From: an uncultured Erysipelotrichaceae bacterium
GTDB taxonomy: Bacteria > Bacillota_I > Bacilli_A > Erysipelotrichales > Erysipelotrichaceae
NCBI GenBank assembly: GCA_902796525.1
Contig: CADBPB010000225.1
Coordinates: 1 to 28,386, forward strand
Direction of reading: 5' to 3'
DNA length: 28,386 bases
The notes under the pieces were generated by a model. It did no database searches, was not told the DNA's origin, and saw only the letters and a program-made list of their open reading frames with translations. Below are positions 1 to 8,540 of this stretch, one piece after another. Within the stretch, counting starts at the first letter, position 1. Every line of letters starts with the position of its first letter. Both the position numbers and the translations under genes were made by a program.

Positions 1-10
1 ATAGAGCGAT

Positions 11-87
11 GTGCCTATAGCTCAACTGGATAGAGTGTTTGGCTACGAACCAAAAGGTTGCGAGTTCAAGTCTTGCTAGGCACGCCA
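11..87 (+). tRNA. tRNA-Arg (anticodon ACG)
   Basis: Acceptor stem GTGCCTA/TAGGCAC, anticodon arm TTTGG-CTACGAA-CCAAA, T-loop GTTCAAG, encoded 3' CCA; 77 nt. Confidence 0.97.
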
Positions 88-96
88 GAAAGTATG

Positions 97-125
97 AACT
101 ATCCCTTCCGTCGGATAGTTTTTTT
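97..125 (+). terminator. Intrinsic terminator of the tRNA transcript
   Basis: AACTATCC (97-104) / GGATAGTT (113-120) stem followed by a T-run. Confidence 0.8.
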
Positions 126-152
126 ATGCATGAATATCGAGGAACAGAGACG

Positions 153-161
153 TGTTACAAT
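153..161 (+). promoter_or_regulatory. Putative extended -10 promoter for the GNAT gene
   Basis: TG-T-TACAAT, 23 nt upstream of ATG 185. Confidence 0.5.
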
Positions 162-184
162 GATAAAGAAAAGCGGGATACAGA

Positions 185-643
185 ATGAACAGAACCATTT
201 TTGAATATGTGACATTGAAGGATCGACCTGATCTCAAAGAAAAAGCCGCCGGCTGGTTTCATGAAAAATGGGGCGTTCCAGAAAAATCTTATCTTGAATG
301 CATGGATGCCTATCTGAATGATGAAACGCCGAATGGCTGGTATCTTTGTCTGGACGAAGGGCAAATCGTGGGAGGCCTGGGAGTCATCGATAATGATTTC
401 CATGACCGGAAAGATCTGGCTCCCAACATCTGTGCGGTATATGTCGAAGAGAGATACCGCAGACAGGGCATTGCCGGACAGCTGCTGGATCTGGCTGTCG
501 AAGACATGCGCACAAAAAACGTCAGTCCCCTATATCTTCTGACCGATCATACAGGTTTCTATGAAAGGTATGGATGGGAATTCTGCTGCATGGCGCAAGG
601 CGACGGCGAAGATAAACCGTCAAGGATTTACATACACCGATGA
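185..643 (+). CDS. GNAT family N-acetyltransferase
   Basis: Acetyl-CoA motif A VYVEERYRRQGIAGQLL and C-terminal GFYERYGW; 152 aa. Confidence 0.88.
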   Translation: MNRTIFEYVTLKDRPDLKEKAAGWFHEKWGVPEKSYLECMDAYLNDETPNGWYLCLDEGQIVGGLGVIDNDFHDRKDLAPNICAVYVEERYRRQGIAGQLLDLAVEDMRTKNVSPLYLLTDHTGFYERYGWEFCCMAQGDGEDKPSRIYIHR

Positions 644-802
644 ATCAGCAACGGCAGATATTGCCTGCCCTGTAATCTATCGCATTGGACAGGAGCGATG
701 ACTTTCCAAAGGACACCTGATAAACCGTTGTCTCAACCATAAGGTCCGGACATTCAGGAATGGTCTCGTAGAGTAAATGAATGTCTAAAAACAGATCGAA
801 AT

Positions 803-826
803 AAAAGCACGGTTCACCGTGCTTTT
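803..826. terminator. Bidirectional intrinsic terminator between convergent GNAT and plsY-like genes
   Basis: Perfect 10-bp inverted repeat AAAAGCACGG-TTCA-CCGTGCTTTT, with A/T tracts on both sides. Confidence 0.85.
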
Positions 827-848
827 CTGTTTTTTATCTCAACGGAAG

Positions 849-1478
849 TTATGCCTTCTTTTTGTTCAGTTTCTTCCTGATCGCTCCAAGGACATCAGTC
901 TTTTCCGTCGTCCCATCCTTGATTCCGGCAATGAAATTCCAATGCAGCTTGATCGCAAGCAATCCAAGGATCAGCGACATGGCTGCGACTTCATAGTCTT
1001 TCAAAATAAACATGATGACTGCAAATACCAGTGGCGGAACCGGGCCGGCGAGATTCAGGTACTGTGTCAGAAGCACGACGATCGCTCCAGCAAGATCCGA
1101 CACCAATCCCCAAAGGAAGCTGTATATCACGATCATGATGCAGGTCGTAGCGACCCCTTTACCTCCCTTGAATTTACGCCAGAACGGGAAACAATGGCCG
1201 ATCGTTGCGCCGAATCCCGCATAGAACATGATATTCTTATCCGCTTCCGGAAACAGATAACGCGCCAGAAACATAGCGATCAGGCACTTTGAAACATCGC
1301 CGATCAAGGTAAGGATACCGGGAACGAATCCCAGATTGATCATGATGTTAGCCATGCCCGGATTCCCTTCAGCTATTTCCGAGGCACCGGATCCGGTATA
1401 TTTCTTGGCAACGATTTCAGCAGTCAGAAAGCAGCCAAGAAAATATCCGATAAGGCAGCTGATCAGTTTTTCTTTCAT
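849..1478 (-). CDS. plsY: Glycerol-3-phosphate acyltransferase PlsY-family membrane protein (divergent paralog)
   Basis: GYFLG N-terminus, GNPGMAN, GDVSK, GHCFPFWRKFKGGKGVAT motif, multiple TM helices; strong SD GGAGGAGG. Confidence 0.8.
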   Translation of the reverse strand: MKEKLISCLIGYFLGCFLTAEIVAKKYTGSGASEIAEGNPGMANIMINLGFVPGILTLIGDVSKCLIAMFLARYLFPEADKNIMFYAGFGATIGHCFPFWRKFKGGKGVATTCIMIVIYSFLWGLVSDLAGAIVVLLTQYLNLAGPVPPLVFAVIMFILKDYEVAAMSLILGLLAIKLHWNFIAGIKDGTTEKTDVLGAIRKKLNKKKA

Positions 1479-1541
1479 AATATCCCCTCCTCCCCAAAAC
1501 CAGTCAAAATGATATGAACCAGATCGATTTGCTATCTGTTT

Positions 1542-2876
1542 CTATTTTACAACATCCCAGAGCATTTCGCTGATGGTCGGATGCGGATGCACGACTTCGG
1601 CGAACTGTTTCAAGGTCATCTTTTTCTGTACGGCGATCGCCAGTTCTCCGATCAGTTCCGTCGCATGCATGCAGACAAGCTGTCCGCCAATGATCGTCTC
1701 GTTTTCATCGACGATCACTTTTGCGAATCCGCTTTCACTGTTTTCAATCAGGCTCTTTCCGTTGGCGCCGGTCAGATATTTCCTTGTCGCATAGCTGATA
1801 CCGGCATCCTTGGCCTGCTGCTCGGAAATCCCGACCGCAGCGATTTCCGGTTCGGTATAGATTCCGCTCGGAATGACGCTAAGATCATGCGACGGCTCTC
1901 TTCCCAGAATGTGATCTATTACATTCTCGCCCTGCGCTTCCGCAACGTGCGCCAGCTGAATGTTGCCGGAACGGGCATCGCCGATCACATAGATATTCGG
2001 GATGTTCGTCCTGCCGTTTTCATCCGCCACAATACCGCGGCTGATCTCCAGTCCCGCATCTTCCAGCAGTGACACATTCGCCCTGCGTCCCGTAGCGATC
2101 AGGACTTCTTTGGCAGAAACGGTCTGTTCCTGGCCTTTCTTGTCGGTATAGGCAACCTGTTTCATGTCGCCGTCAGATGATATCTTTCTGACTTGTGCGG
2201 AGCAGATGACATCGATCTCTTTTTTCTTAAAGAACATGGCCAGACGCTGCCCCAGTTCCTTGTCCATATTCGGAAGCAGGTGGTCGAACATCTCAATGAC
2301 CGTGATCCTGCATCCCAGATCGCTTAATGCATCCGCGATCTCGACACCGATGACGCCTCCGCCGATGATGATAAGACTCTCCGGCAGCGGATGATCCCCT
2401 TCCAGGATCTCATCTGATGTGATACAGGATTCGATTCCTTCGATCGGAGGTTTCGCGACAACGGATCCGGTCGCCAGAATGATATGATCCGCTTCGTATT
2501 CGTTTCCTTCGCAGGAGATATGATGCGCATCGGCCAGCTTCGCTTCGCCGTAAACGATCTCCGCTTTGTTTTTCTGAAGCGATTTCTGTATGCCTTCTCT
2601 TAGCGTATCGGTCACTTCATTCTTGCGTCTCAGGATCTCTTCATAAGAAAAAGCGGCAGAATCGCAATGGATCCCATAGATTCCTGCCTCCCTGATCCGC
2701 TTGTACAGACCGGCGGAAGCGATCAAGGACTTCATCGGAATGCATCCGCGATTGAGACAGGTCCCGCCCAGTTTATTCTTTTCAAACAGCACGGTCTTTA
2801 AACCGGCAGCAGAAGCTTTATTGGCGGCGGTATAGCCTCCCGGCCCTCCGCCGATGATCGCTACATCATATTTCAT
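1542..2876 (-). CDS. lpdA: Dihydrolipoamide dehydrogenase (GCS L protein)
   Basis: GGGPGG FAD motif, GGTCLNRGCIP redox disulfide, GGGVIG NAD motif, HPHPT. Start moved from 2930 to 2876 (or 2879) because of the GGAGG SD and overlap with the lplA stop. Confidence 0.95.
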   Translation of the reverse strand: MKYDVAIIGGGPGGYTAANKASAAGLKTVLFEKNKLGGTCLNRGCIPMKSLIASAGLYKRIREAGIYGIHCDSAAFSYEEILRRKNEVTDTLREGIQKSLQKNKAEIVYGEAKLADAHHISCEGNEYEADHIILATGSVVAKPPIEGIESCITSDEILEGDHPLPESLIIIGGGVIGVEIADALSDLGCRITVIEMFDHLLPNMDKELGQRLAMFFKKKEIDVICSAQVRKISSDGDMKQVAYTDKKGQEQTVSAKEVLIATGRRANVSLLEDAGLEISRGIVADENGRTNIPNIYVIGDARSGNIQLAHVAEAQGENVIDHILGREPSHDLSVIPSGIYTEPEIAAVGISEQQAKDAGISYATRKYLTGANGKSLIENSESGFAKVIVDENETIIGGQLVCMHATELIGELAIAVQKKMTLKQFAEVVHPHPTISEMLWDVVK

Positions 2877-3832
2877 CATTCGACCTCCGATAATAAAGAG
2901 ATGATATCCTTCTGTATCTGATCTTCCCAAACAAGATCAGTAATCCTGTTTCCCGGCATCCTTTGCAGCAAGGCTTCGATGCTTTCCGTATCCAGACTGT
3001 CTGTATAGATTTCCGGATGGATGACCACATCGTTCTGCAGATCGTAATGCAGCTGAACGGTCCCCCACGGAAAACGCGCTTCTTTTTTATAGGCGTGCTC
3101 CTGGCGTATGCCATAGCGCCAGACATCGTCGGCAAATTTCTTTTCCAGCGAAGCGATTTCCCTGGGATCCGGTTCGGATTCTTTCATTTCCTTCACCGGC
3201 AGACCATAGACGCTGCCAAACGCCTCGATCAGGGAATCTTTCACTTCTTCCACGGTCAGGTCTTTTCTGATCTCCCGAAGATTGATCACCCGCGACCGGA
3301 CCGAATCGACTCCCTTATCCTGCAGTTTCAGCATGGATACGTGCAGGTAACGGGAAAGATCGTTTTCGTTCACATCCAGCATCAGCGTTCCATGATGCAT
3401 GCAGCGATTCCCGCGCTTGCAGTAGGCGTGACCGGAAAACTTCCGTCCTTCGATCAATAGATCGTTGCGTCCGTTCCGTTCCGCGGAAAAGCCCAGACAT
3501 TTCATCGCCTGCAGGATCACTTCCGTCTGCTTCACGACATCATAGTTCCGTTTATGAGCCAGGAAAGTAAAATTCAGATTCCCACCATCATGGTACACGG
3601 CTCCCCCGCCGGAGAGCCTGCGAGCCAGATGACCGGAATCTTTCTCCAGTGTTTCGATATCGCATTCGTTAAAGGCGTTCTGGTTCTTGCCGATCACGAC
3701 CGTCCGCTCGTTCTGCCATAAATATAAGATGACATCATGATCCGTGACGTGATCAAGCAAAAATTCTTCCAGAGCCTGGTTATGAAACGGGGCTCTGGAA
3801 GAAGAAACGATCACAAATGCTTCATTCAGCAT
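2876..3832 (-). CDS. lplA: Lipoate-protein ligase A
   Basis: NQALEE, VVIGKNQN, RRLSGGGAVYHDGGNLNFTF, RNDL..GRKFSG, HHGTLM. Confidence 0.95.
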   Translation of the reverse strand: MLNEAFVIVSSSRAPFHNQALEEFLLDHVTDHDVILYLWQNERTVVIGKNQNAFNECDIETLEKDSGHLARRLSGGGAVYHDGGNLNFTFLAHKRNYDVVKQTEVILQAMKCLGFSAERNGRNDLLIEGRKFSGHAYCKRGNRCMHHGTLMLDVNENDLSRYLHVSMLKLQDKGVDSVRSRVINLREIRKDLTVEEVKDSLIEAFGSVYGLPVKEMKESEPDPREIASLEKKFADDVWRYGIRQEHAYKKEARFPWGTVQLHYDLQNDVVIHPEIYTDSLDTESIEALLQRMPGNRITDLVWEDQIQKDIISLLSEVE

Positions 3833-5262
3833 TCTTTCTGATAACGCAGGATCGGATTGCGGGCAGCTTCCGTTTCGTTCGGCCTGCCGATCGGCTGATC
3901 ATGCGGAGCAGCGTGCAGATATTCCGGATCTTCATGAGCGAGCTGATAGAGCTTCGTATAGACGGCGATCGCCTCGTCGATGACCTCTTTGCTTTCGGTT
4001 TCGGTCGGCTCGAACATCAGCGCTTCATGAACGATCAGCGGGAAATACATTGTCGGAGGATGGACCCCGTAATCCAGGGAAGCTTTGGCGATATCCATCG
4101 CGGAAACGCCCGTCTCCTTTTTCAGTCCCTCCAGACACAGGACGAACTCATGCATGCAGGTCTTGTCGTAAGCGACATCGTAGCACTTTTTGAGCGCGTT
4201 CATCATATAGTTGGCATTCAGTACGGCTTTGCCGCTGGATGCGATGATGCCTTCCTTTCCTAATGTCAGGATATAAGTCAGAGCTTTCACGATAACCAGG
4301 AAGTTTCCGTAATAGCTTCTGACCCTACCTAAAGAATGTTCGGCATTGTGGAATACGAATCTGTCATCTTCTTTCCGGACGGTTTCCATCGGAAGATAGT
4401 CTTTCAGGAAGTCTTTGCATCCGACGGGACCGCTGCCGGGACCGCCGCCGCCATGAGGCGTACCGAACGTCTTATGCAGGTTCAGATGGATACAGTCGAA
4501 GCCCATATCGCCCGGCCGGACTCTGCCCATGATCGCATTCAGGTTTGCCCCGTCATAGTAGCACAGGCCTCCCGCTTCATGAATGATCTTCGTAATTTTC
4601 AGGATATTCGGATCGAATAGGCCCAAAGTATTCGGATTCGTCAGCATCAGTCCTGCCGTATCCTTGCCGACGACTTTTCTTAATTCATCAAGGTCGACGC
4701 CGCCATCGGCATTTGAAGGCACGTTGATGACCTTGAAGCCGGCCATGACCGCGCTCGCCGGGTTGGTACCATGCGCAGAATCCGGAACGATAATGTTGAC
4801 TCTTTCCTCATCGTGACGCGCCTGATGGTATCTTCTGATCAGCAGCAGTCCCGTGTATTCGCCATGGGCGCCTGCCGCCGGCTGCAGACTCATTTCATCC
4901 ATGCCGGTAATCTCGCACAAGAGTTCCTGGGTGCGATACAGCACTTCCATGGAACCCTGGATGCTTTCTTCTCCCTGCAGCGGATGGACGTCGGTGAAAT
5001 CACGCAAGGATGCCATTTCTTCATCGATGCGCGGATTGTATTTCATCGTGCAGGAACCCAGCGGATAGAATCCGTCATTGACGCCGAACGTCTGCTTGCA
5101 CAGTTCGGTATAGTGTCTGCTCAGATCGACTTCGCTCAATTCAGGCAAAGCCGGTTTTTCTTTACGGAGATATTTCTCTTCCAGTCCATAGCTCTTGACA
5201 TCGCAATCAGGAATGAGATCCAGTTTCTTGTCTGCTGAGCTCAATTCAAATAACAGTTTCAT
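3826..5262 (-). CDS. gcvPB: Glycine dehydrogenase (decarboxylating) subunit 2
   Basis: YPLGSCTMKYNP, QPAAGAHGE, PDSAHGTNPASA, PLP-lysine motif LNLHKTF. Start moved to MKLLFE at 5262 (GGAGG SD, TGATG overlap with gcvPA). Confidence 0.96.
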   Translation of the reverse strand: MKLLFELSSADKKLDLIPDCDVKSYGLEEKYLRKEKPALPELSEVDLSRHYTELCKQTFGVNDGFYPLGSCTMKYNPRIDEEMASLRDFTDVHPLQGEESIQGSMEVLYRTQELLCEITGMDEMSLQPAAGAHGEYTGLLLIRRYHQARHDEERVNIIVPDSAHGTNPASAVMAGFKVINVPSNADGGVDLDELRKVVGKDTAGLMLTNPNTLGLFDPNILKITKIIHEAGGLCYYDGANLNAIMGRVRPGDMGFDCIHLNLHKTFGTPHGGGGPGSGPVGCKDFLKDYLPMETVRKEDDRFVFHNAEHSLGRVRSYYGNFLVIVKALTYILTLGKEGIIASSGKAVLNANYMMNALKKCYDVAYDKTCMHEFVLCLEGLKKETGVSAMDIAKASLDYGVHPPTMYFPLIVHEALMFEPTETESKEVIDEAIAVYTKLYQLAHEDPEYLHAAPHDQPIGRPNETEAARNPILRYQKEC

Positions 5263-6566
5263 CAGATCACCTCCCGGATCGCATCGATCAGTCTGTCGAT
5301 GTCTTCTTTCTCGTTCAGTTCCGTCGCGCACCAAAGGATCTTATCCCCCATAACCAGACCGATCAGGATCCCCTTCTCTTTGAGTTTCTGCTCCAGCAGG
5401 ACAGGATCGATCGGAGATTCCGTCAGGAATTCATGGAAGAAAGGTTCTTCATTGGCCGGCTTGAAGCCGATGGATGCCAGAGAATCCTTGAGATAGTGCG
5501 CATGATCGTAACAGTTCTTTGCGACTTTCTGCAGGCCTTCCGGTCCCAATGCCGCCAGATAGACCGATGCGGTCATCGCACATAACGCTTCATTGGAACA
5601 GATGTTGCTGGAAGCTTTTTCGCGGCGGATATGCTGCTCGCGCGCTTGCAGCGTCAGGACGAAGCATCTTCTCCCGTCGTGATCCGTAGTCTGTCCGACG
5701 ATACGCCCAGGCAGTTTTCTGGTCAGTTCCTTGGTGGCCGCCATGAAGCCCAGGTAAGGTCCGCCGCAGGAAAGAGGCATGCCCAGAGGCTGTCCCTCGC
5801 CTACCGCGATATCGACGCCCAGTTCACCCGGAGATTTCAAGAGACCTAAAGAGATCGGATTGACGCTTTCGATCACTCTGACTTTTTTCTCATGAGCGAT
5901 GCTTACGATCTCTTCCACATCTTCGATGACTCCGTAATAGTTCGGACTCTGTACCAGAACGCACGCGGTATTCTCACTGATGAGATCCTGCAGCTTTGCG
6001 GCATCCGTTTTATAAAGATCATCCGTTACGGTGATCGTGACGTTGCGGGATTCGCCATACGTCTTGATGACTTCCAGAACACGCGGATCGATCGCGCCGG
6101 AAACCAGTGCCTCCGTCTTGTTCTTTTCGATAGTCATAAAGATTGCTTCCGCAGCAGCGACCGCACCATCATAGACCGAAGCGTTCGATACATCCAGCCC
6201 CGTCAGTTCGCAGATCTGCGTCTGATATTCGAAAATGGATTGCAGTACGCCCTGGGAGATCTCTGCCTGGTATGGCGTATAGGCCGTCAGGAATTCTTCC
6301 TTGGAAACGATGCCTTTTACGATGGCAGGAATGTAGTGGCGGTAAGCGCCTGCGCCGCGGAACAAGGAATCATATACTTTGTTTCGGGAAGCGATCTTTT
6401 TCACCGCCGAAGCGACCGCCATTTCCGTTTTCCCTTCCGGGATATGCAGTTCTTTCAGACGGACATTGGAAGGCACATCCTCATAGAGGGCATCGATCGA
6501 CTCTTTGCCGATCGCCTGCAGCATCTCTTTCCGGATGGCGGCTGTATCAGGGATATAATTGCCCAT
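5262..6566 (-). CDS. gcvPA: Glycine dehydrogenase (decarboxylating) subunit 1
   Basis: FRGAGAY.HYIP, TAYTPYQAEISQG, NASVYDG, REQHIRREKASSNICSN. Confidence 0.96.
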   Translation of the reverse strand: MGNYIPDTAAIRKEMLQAIGKESIDALYEDVPSNVRLKELHIPEGKTEMAVASAVKKIASRNKVYDSLFRGAGAYRHYIPAIVKGIVSKEEFLTAYTPYQAEISQGVLQSIFEYQTQICELTGLDVSNASVYDGAVAAAEAIFMTIEKNKTEALVSGAIDPRVLEVIKTYGESRNVTITVTDDLYKTDAAKLQDLISENTACVLVQSPNYYGVIEDVEEIVSIAHEKKVRVIESVNPISLGLLKSPGELGVDIAVGEGQPLGMPLSCGGPYLGFMAATKELTRKLPGRIVGQTTDHDGRRCFVLTLQAREQHIRREKASSNICSNEALCAMTASVYLAALGPEGLQKVAKNCYDHAHYLKDSLASIGFKPANEEPFFHEFLTESPIDPVLLEQKLKEKGILIGLVMGDKILWCATELNEKEDIDRLIDAIREVI

Positions 6567-6568
6567 GA

Positions 6569-6949
6569 TCAGCCTTCCTGTTCGCAGTGTTCAGCGTAAG
6601 CCGCAGCGTCCAGCAGTTCCTCGAATTCCGTCACATCGGCGACTTTGATCAGCCATGCGGCATAGGGGTCTTCATTGACCAAGGCCGGGTTGTCTGCGAC
6701 TTCTTCGTTGACTTCGACGACTCTACCGGTAACCGGCGAAAAGACATCGCTGACCGCCTTGACGGATTCGATATCGCCCAGAGATTCTCCCGCCTTGACT
6801 TCATCGTCGACTGCCGGCAGATTCACGAAAACGACATCGCCTAACGCATCCTGCGCAAAATCGGTCAGACCGACCACGTAAACGCCGTCTTCTTCTTTCA
6901 GCCATTCATGGGTTTTCGCATATTTCAATTCTTCGGGATTTTTAAACAT
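6569..6949 (-). CDS. gcvH: Glycine cleavage system H protein
   Basis: YAKTHEW, GLTDFAQDALGDVVFV, lipoyl-lysine motif ESVKAVSD, VNEDPY..W. Confidence 0.97.
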   Translation of the reverse strand: MFKNPEELKYAKTHEWLKEEDGVYVVGLTDFAQDALGDVVFVNLPAVDDEVKAGESLGDIESVKAVSDVFSPVTGRVVEVNEEVADNPALVNEDPYAAWLIKVADVTEFEELLDAAAYAEHCEQEG

Positions 6950-6971
6950 TTTTCTTCCTCCTTAACAATGT

Positions 6972-8063
6972 TTATTTTTTCGTATAGAAAGGCAGACTGA
7001 CGATCTTTGCCTTTAATCTTCTTCCGCGCACATCGACTTCGACGACCGTATCCAATGCGCTGTATTTCACAGGAACAAGCGCCATGGCGATCGAAGTCTG
7101 CAAAAGCGGAGAGTATGTGCCGCTGGTCGTATGGCCGATCAGCTCTTCGTTCAGGTAGATGTCCTGATGTTCTCTTAATACGCCTTTATCGATGATCTCG
7201 AGGCCGACTCTTGTCAGCATCTCTTCGCCGCGTTCCTTGATCTGCAGCAAGGCGTCTTTGCCGATAAACTCTTCTTTGCCTGGCTTGATCGCAAAATCCA
7301 GAGCCGCTTCGACCGGCGAGATCGTCTCGCTCAGCTCATGGCCGTACAAAGGCATGGCGGCTTCCAGTCTCAGGGTATCGCGGGCACCCAGTCCGCAAGG
7401 GATCAGGCCATGTTTCTCGCCCTTTTCCAGAAGCAGTCTCCACAGTCTGACGATATTCTCGTTTGCGGTATAGATCTCGTAGCCATTCTCTCCGGTATAG
7501 CCCGTGAACGAAATCATGCAATCCATGCCTTCGATATCGACATGTTCGATGGCGGTGTAATACTTCTGCGGAATGCTTTCTTCCGGAAGCAGTTCCAGCA
7601 TGACTTCTTTCGCTTTCGGGCCTTGCAAAGCTACCTGGGCGACGGAATCGGAAATATCCTCGATCACGGTACCTTCCAGGATATTCTCCTTCATGTGAGC
7701 GAAATCCTTGTGTCTGTTGGAAGCGTTGACGACGATATAGTAGTAGTCTTCCGCAAACTTGTAGACCAGAAGGTCATCGACGGTTCCCCCGTCCGCATAG
7801 CACATCGGCGAATAGCGGACTTTGCCAAGAGACATCTTGCTGTAATCATTGGTCAGCAGATGATTGAGACTTTGCGTCGCGGTTTCTCCTTTGAACGTGA
7901 TCTCTCCCATGTGCGAGACATCAAAAAGCCCGCAGGCCTGACGCACGGCGAGATGCTCCTTGATGACGCCTTCGTACTGCACCGGCAGCAGATAGCCGGC
8001 AAAAGGAACGATCTTGCCTTTCAATGAAACATGTTCATCATAAAGCGGTGTTTTTAATTCCAT
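6972..8063 (-). CDS. gcvT: Aminomethyltransferase (GCS T protein)
   Basis: LKTPLY, GLFDVSHMG, GYTGENGYE, GLGARDTLRLEAAMPLYG, GHTTSG..SP. Confidence 0.97.
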   Translation of the reverse strand: MELKTPLYDEHVSLKGKIVPFAGYLLPVQYEGVIKEHLAVRQACGLFDVSHMGEITFKGETATQSLNHLLTNDYSKMSLGKVRYSPMCYADGGTVDDLLVYKFAEDYYYIVVNASNRHKDFAHMKENILEGTVIEDISDSVAQVALQGPKAKEVMLELLPEESIPQKYYTAIEHVDIEGMDCMISFTGYTGENGYEIYTANENIVRLWRLLLEKGEKHGLIPCGLGARDTLRLEAAMPLYGHELSETISPVEAALDFAIKPGKEEFIGKDALLQIKERGEEMLTRVGLEIIDKGVLREHQDIYLNEELIGHTTSGTYSPLLQTSIAMALVPVKYSALDTVVEVDVRGRRLKAKIVSLPFYTKK

Positions 8064-8118
8064 AGCCCTACCCTTTCTCCATATAAAAAACTATCGTTTG
8101 AATTGAATTATCTGAAAT

Positions 8119-8129
8119 ATGTAATACAT
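8119..8129. promoter_or_regulatory. Palindromic candidate operator ATGTA-A-TACAT upstream of gcvT
   Basis: Short inverted repeat of TGT-N3-ACA type in the AT-rich gcvT leader. Confidence 0.3.
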
Positions 8130-8174
8130 GATTATTTTCATCATCCGACTATTATCATTTTAACATATCCGTCC

Positions 8175-8196
8175 CTCTTAAGAGCATGCTTAAGAG
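8175..8196. promoter_or_regulatory. Inverted-repeat candidate operator CTCTTAAG-N6-CTTAAGAG
   Basis: Perfect 8-bp arms between divergent gcvT and the small ORF at 8261. Confidence 0.4.
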
Positions 8197-8260
8197 AGTT
8201 TCCGATAAAACCATTGAGGAATTTTACGTTTTCCCGTGAATAATGGATAGGAGGATCAGA

Positions 8261-8407
8261 ATGGACATCCTTAACAGAAAAGACACCACCAGCATCCTGT
8301 GCCTGCTGATCGGCCTGATCTCGCTTCTGATCAGTCTGTCGCTGACCGTCCTGGTCGACGAACTGGAACAGACGCAGCTGCTGGCGGATATCATTGTCGG
8401 ATGGTGA
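8261..8407 (+). CDS. Small (48 aa) single-TM membrane peptide, not in ORF track
   Basis: AGGAGG SD 6 nt before ATG; MDILNRKDTTSILCLLIGLISLLISLSLTVLVDELEQTQLLADIIVGW; host-like codons (ATC, CTG). Confidence 0.65.
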   Translation: MDILNRKDTTSILCLLIGLISLLISLSLTVLVDELEQTQLLADIIVGW

Positions 8408-8507
8408 TCCCTTTGTCGGAATCGAAGCATTGTTTTCTTTGACTCATTTCTTTGTTTCTTTGTTCATACATCATAGATCATCCCTTATGTTTCCGACAGA
8501 GATTCAT

Positions 8508-8540
8508 AAAAAACTGATGGCTTTCGCCATCAGTTTTGTT
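8508..8540. terminator. Bidirectional terminator between the small ORF and the DUF885 gene
   Basis: 12-bp stem AAAACTGATGGC-TTTC-GCCATCAGTTTT. Confidence 0.85.

Noticed and set aside
669-699. Apparent H-type pseudoknot
   Set aside because: Only 1 nt links the two stems, too short to span a 5-bp helix, and 5-bp matches are expected by chance.
630-730. Fragments resembling SAM-I (CCGATGAATCAGCAAC) and TPP (ACCTGAT) riboswitch motifs
   Set aside because: The remaining conserved helices are absent, and the position downstream of a gene with no regulated gene following is wrong for a riboswitch.
11-848. Possible genomic island integrated at tRNA-Arg
   Set aside because: No integrase, no duplicated tRNA 3' end seen in the window, and the downstream genes look native.
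2877-2930. N-terminal extensions in the ORF track for lpdA, gcvPB, DUF885, RluA, the 19444 gene, DUF1146, tsaC, SIS and MDR
   Set aside because: Downstream starts have SDs, stop/start overlaps, abutting -10 boxes or signal peptides, so the extensions are longest-ORF artefacts.
1542-8063. Glycine-cleavage operon including lplA and lpdA as a novel system
   Set aside because: Split gcvPA/PB with adjacent lipoate ligase and L protein is a well-known arrangement in anaerobic Firmicutes, and all key motifs are intact.
8224-8430. 68-aa minus-strand ORF
   Set aside because: It is antisense to the better-supported 48-aa SD-led ORF, has low-complexity Ser/Arg content and no clear SD.
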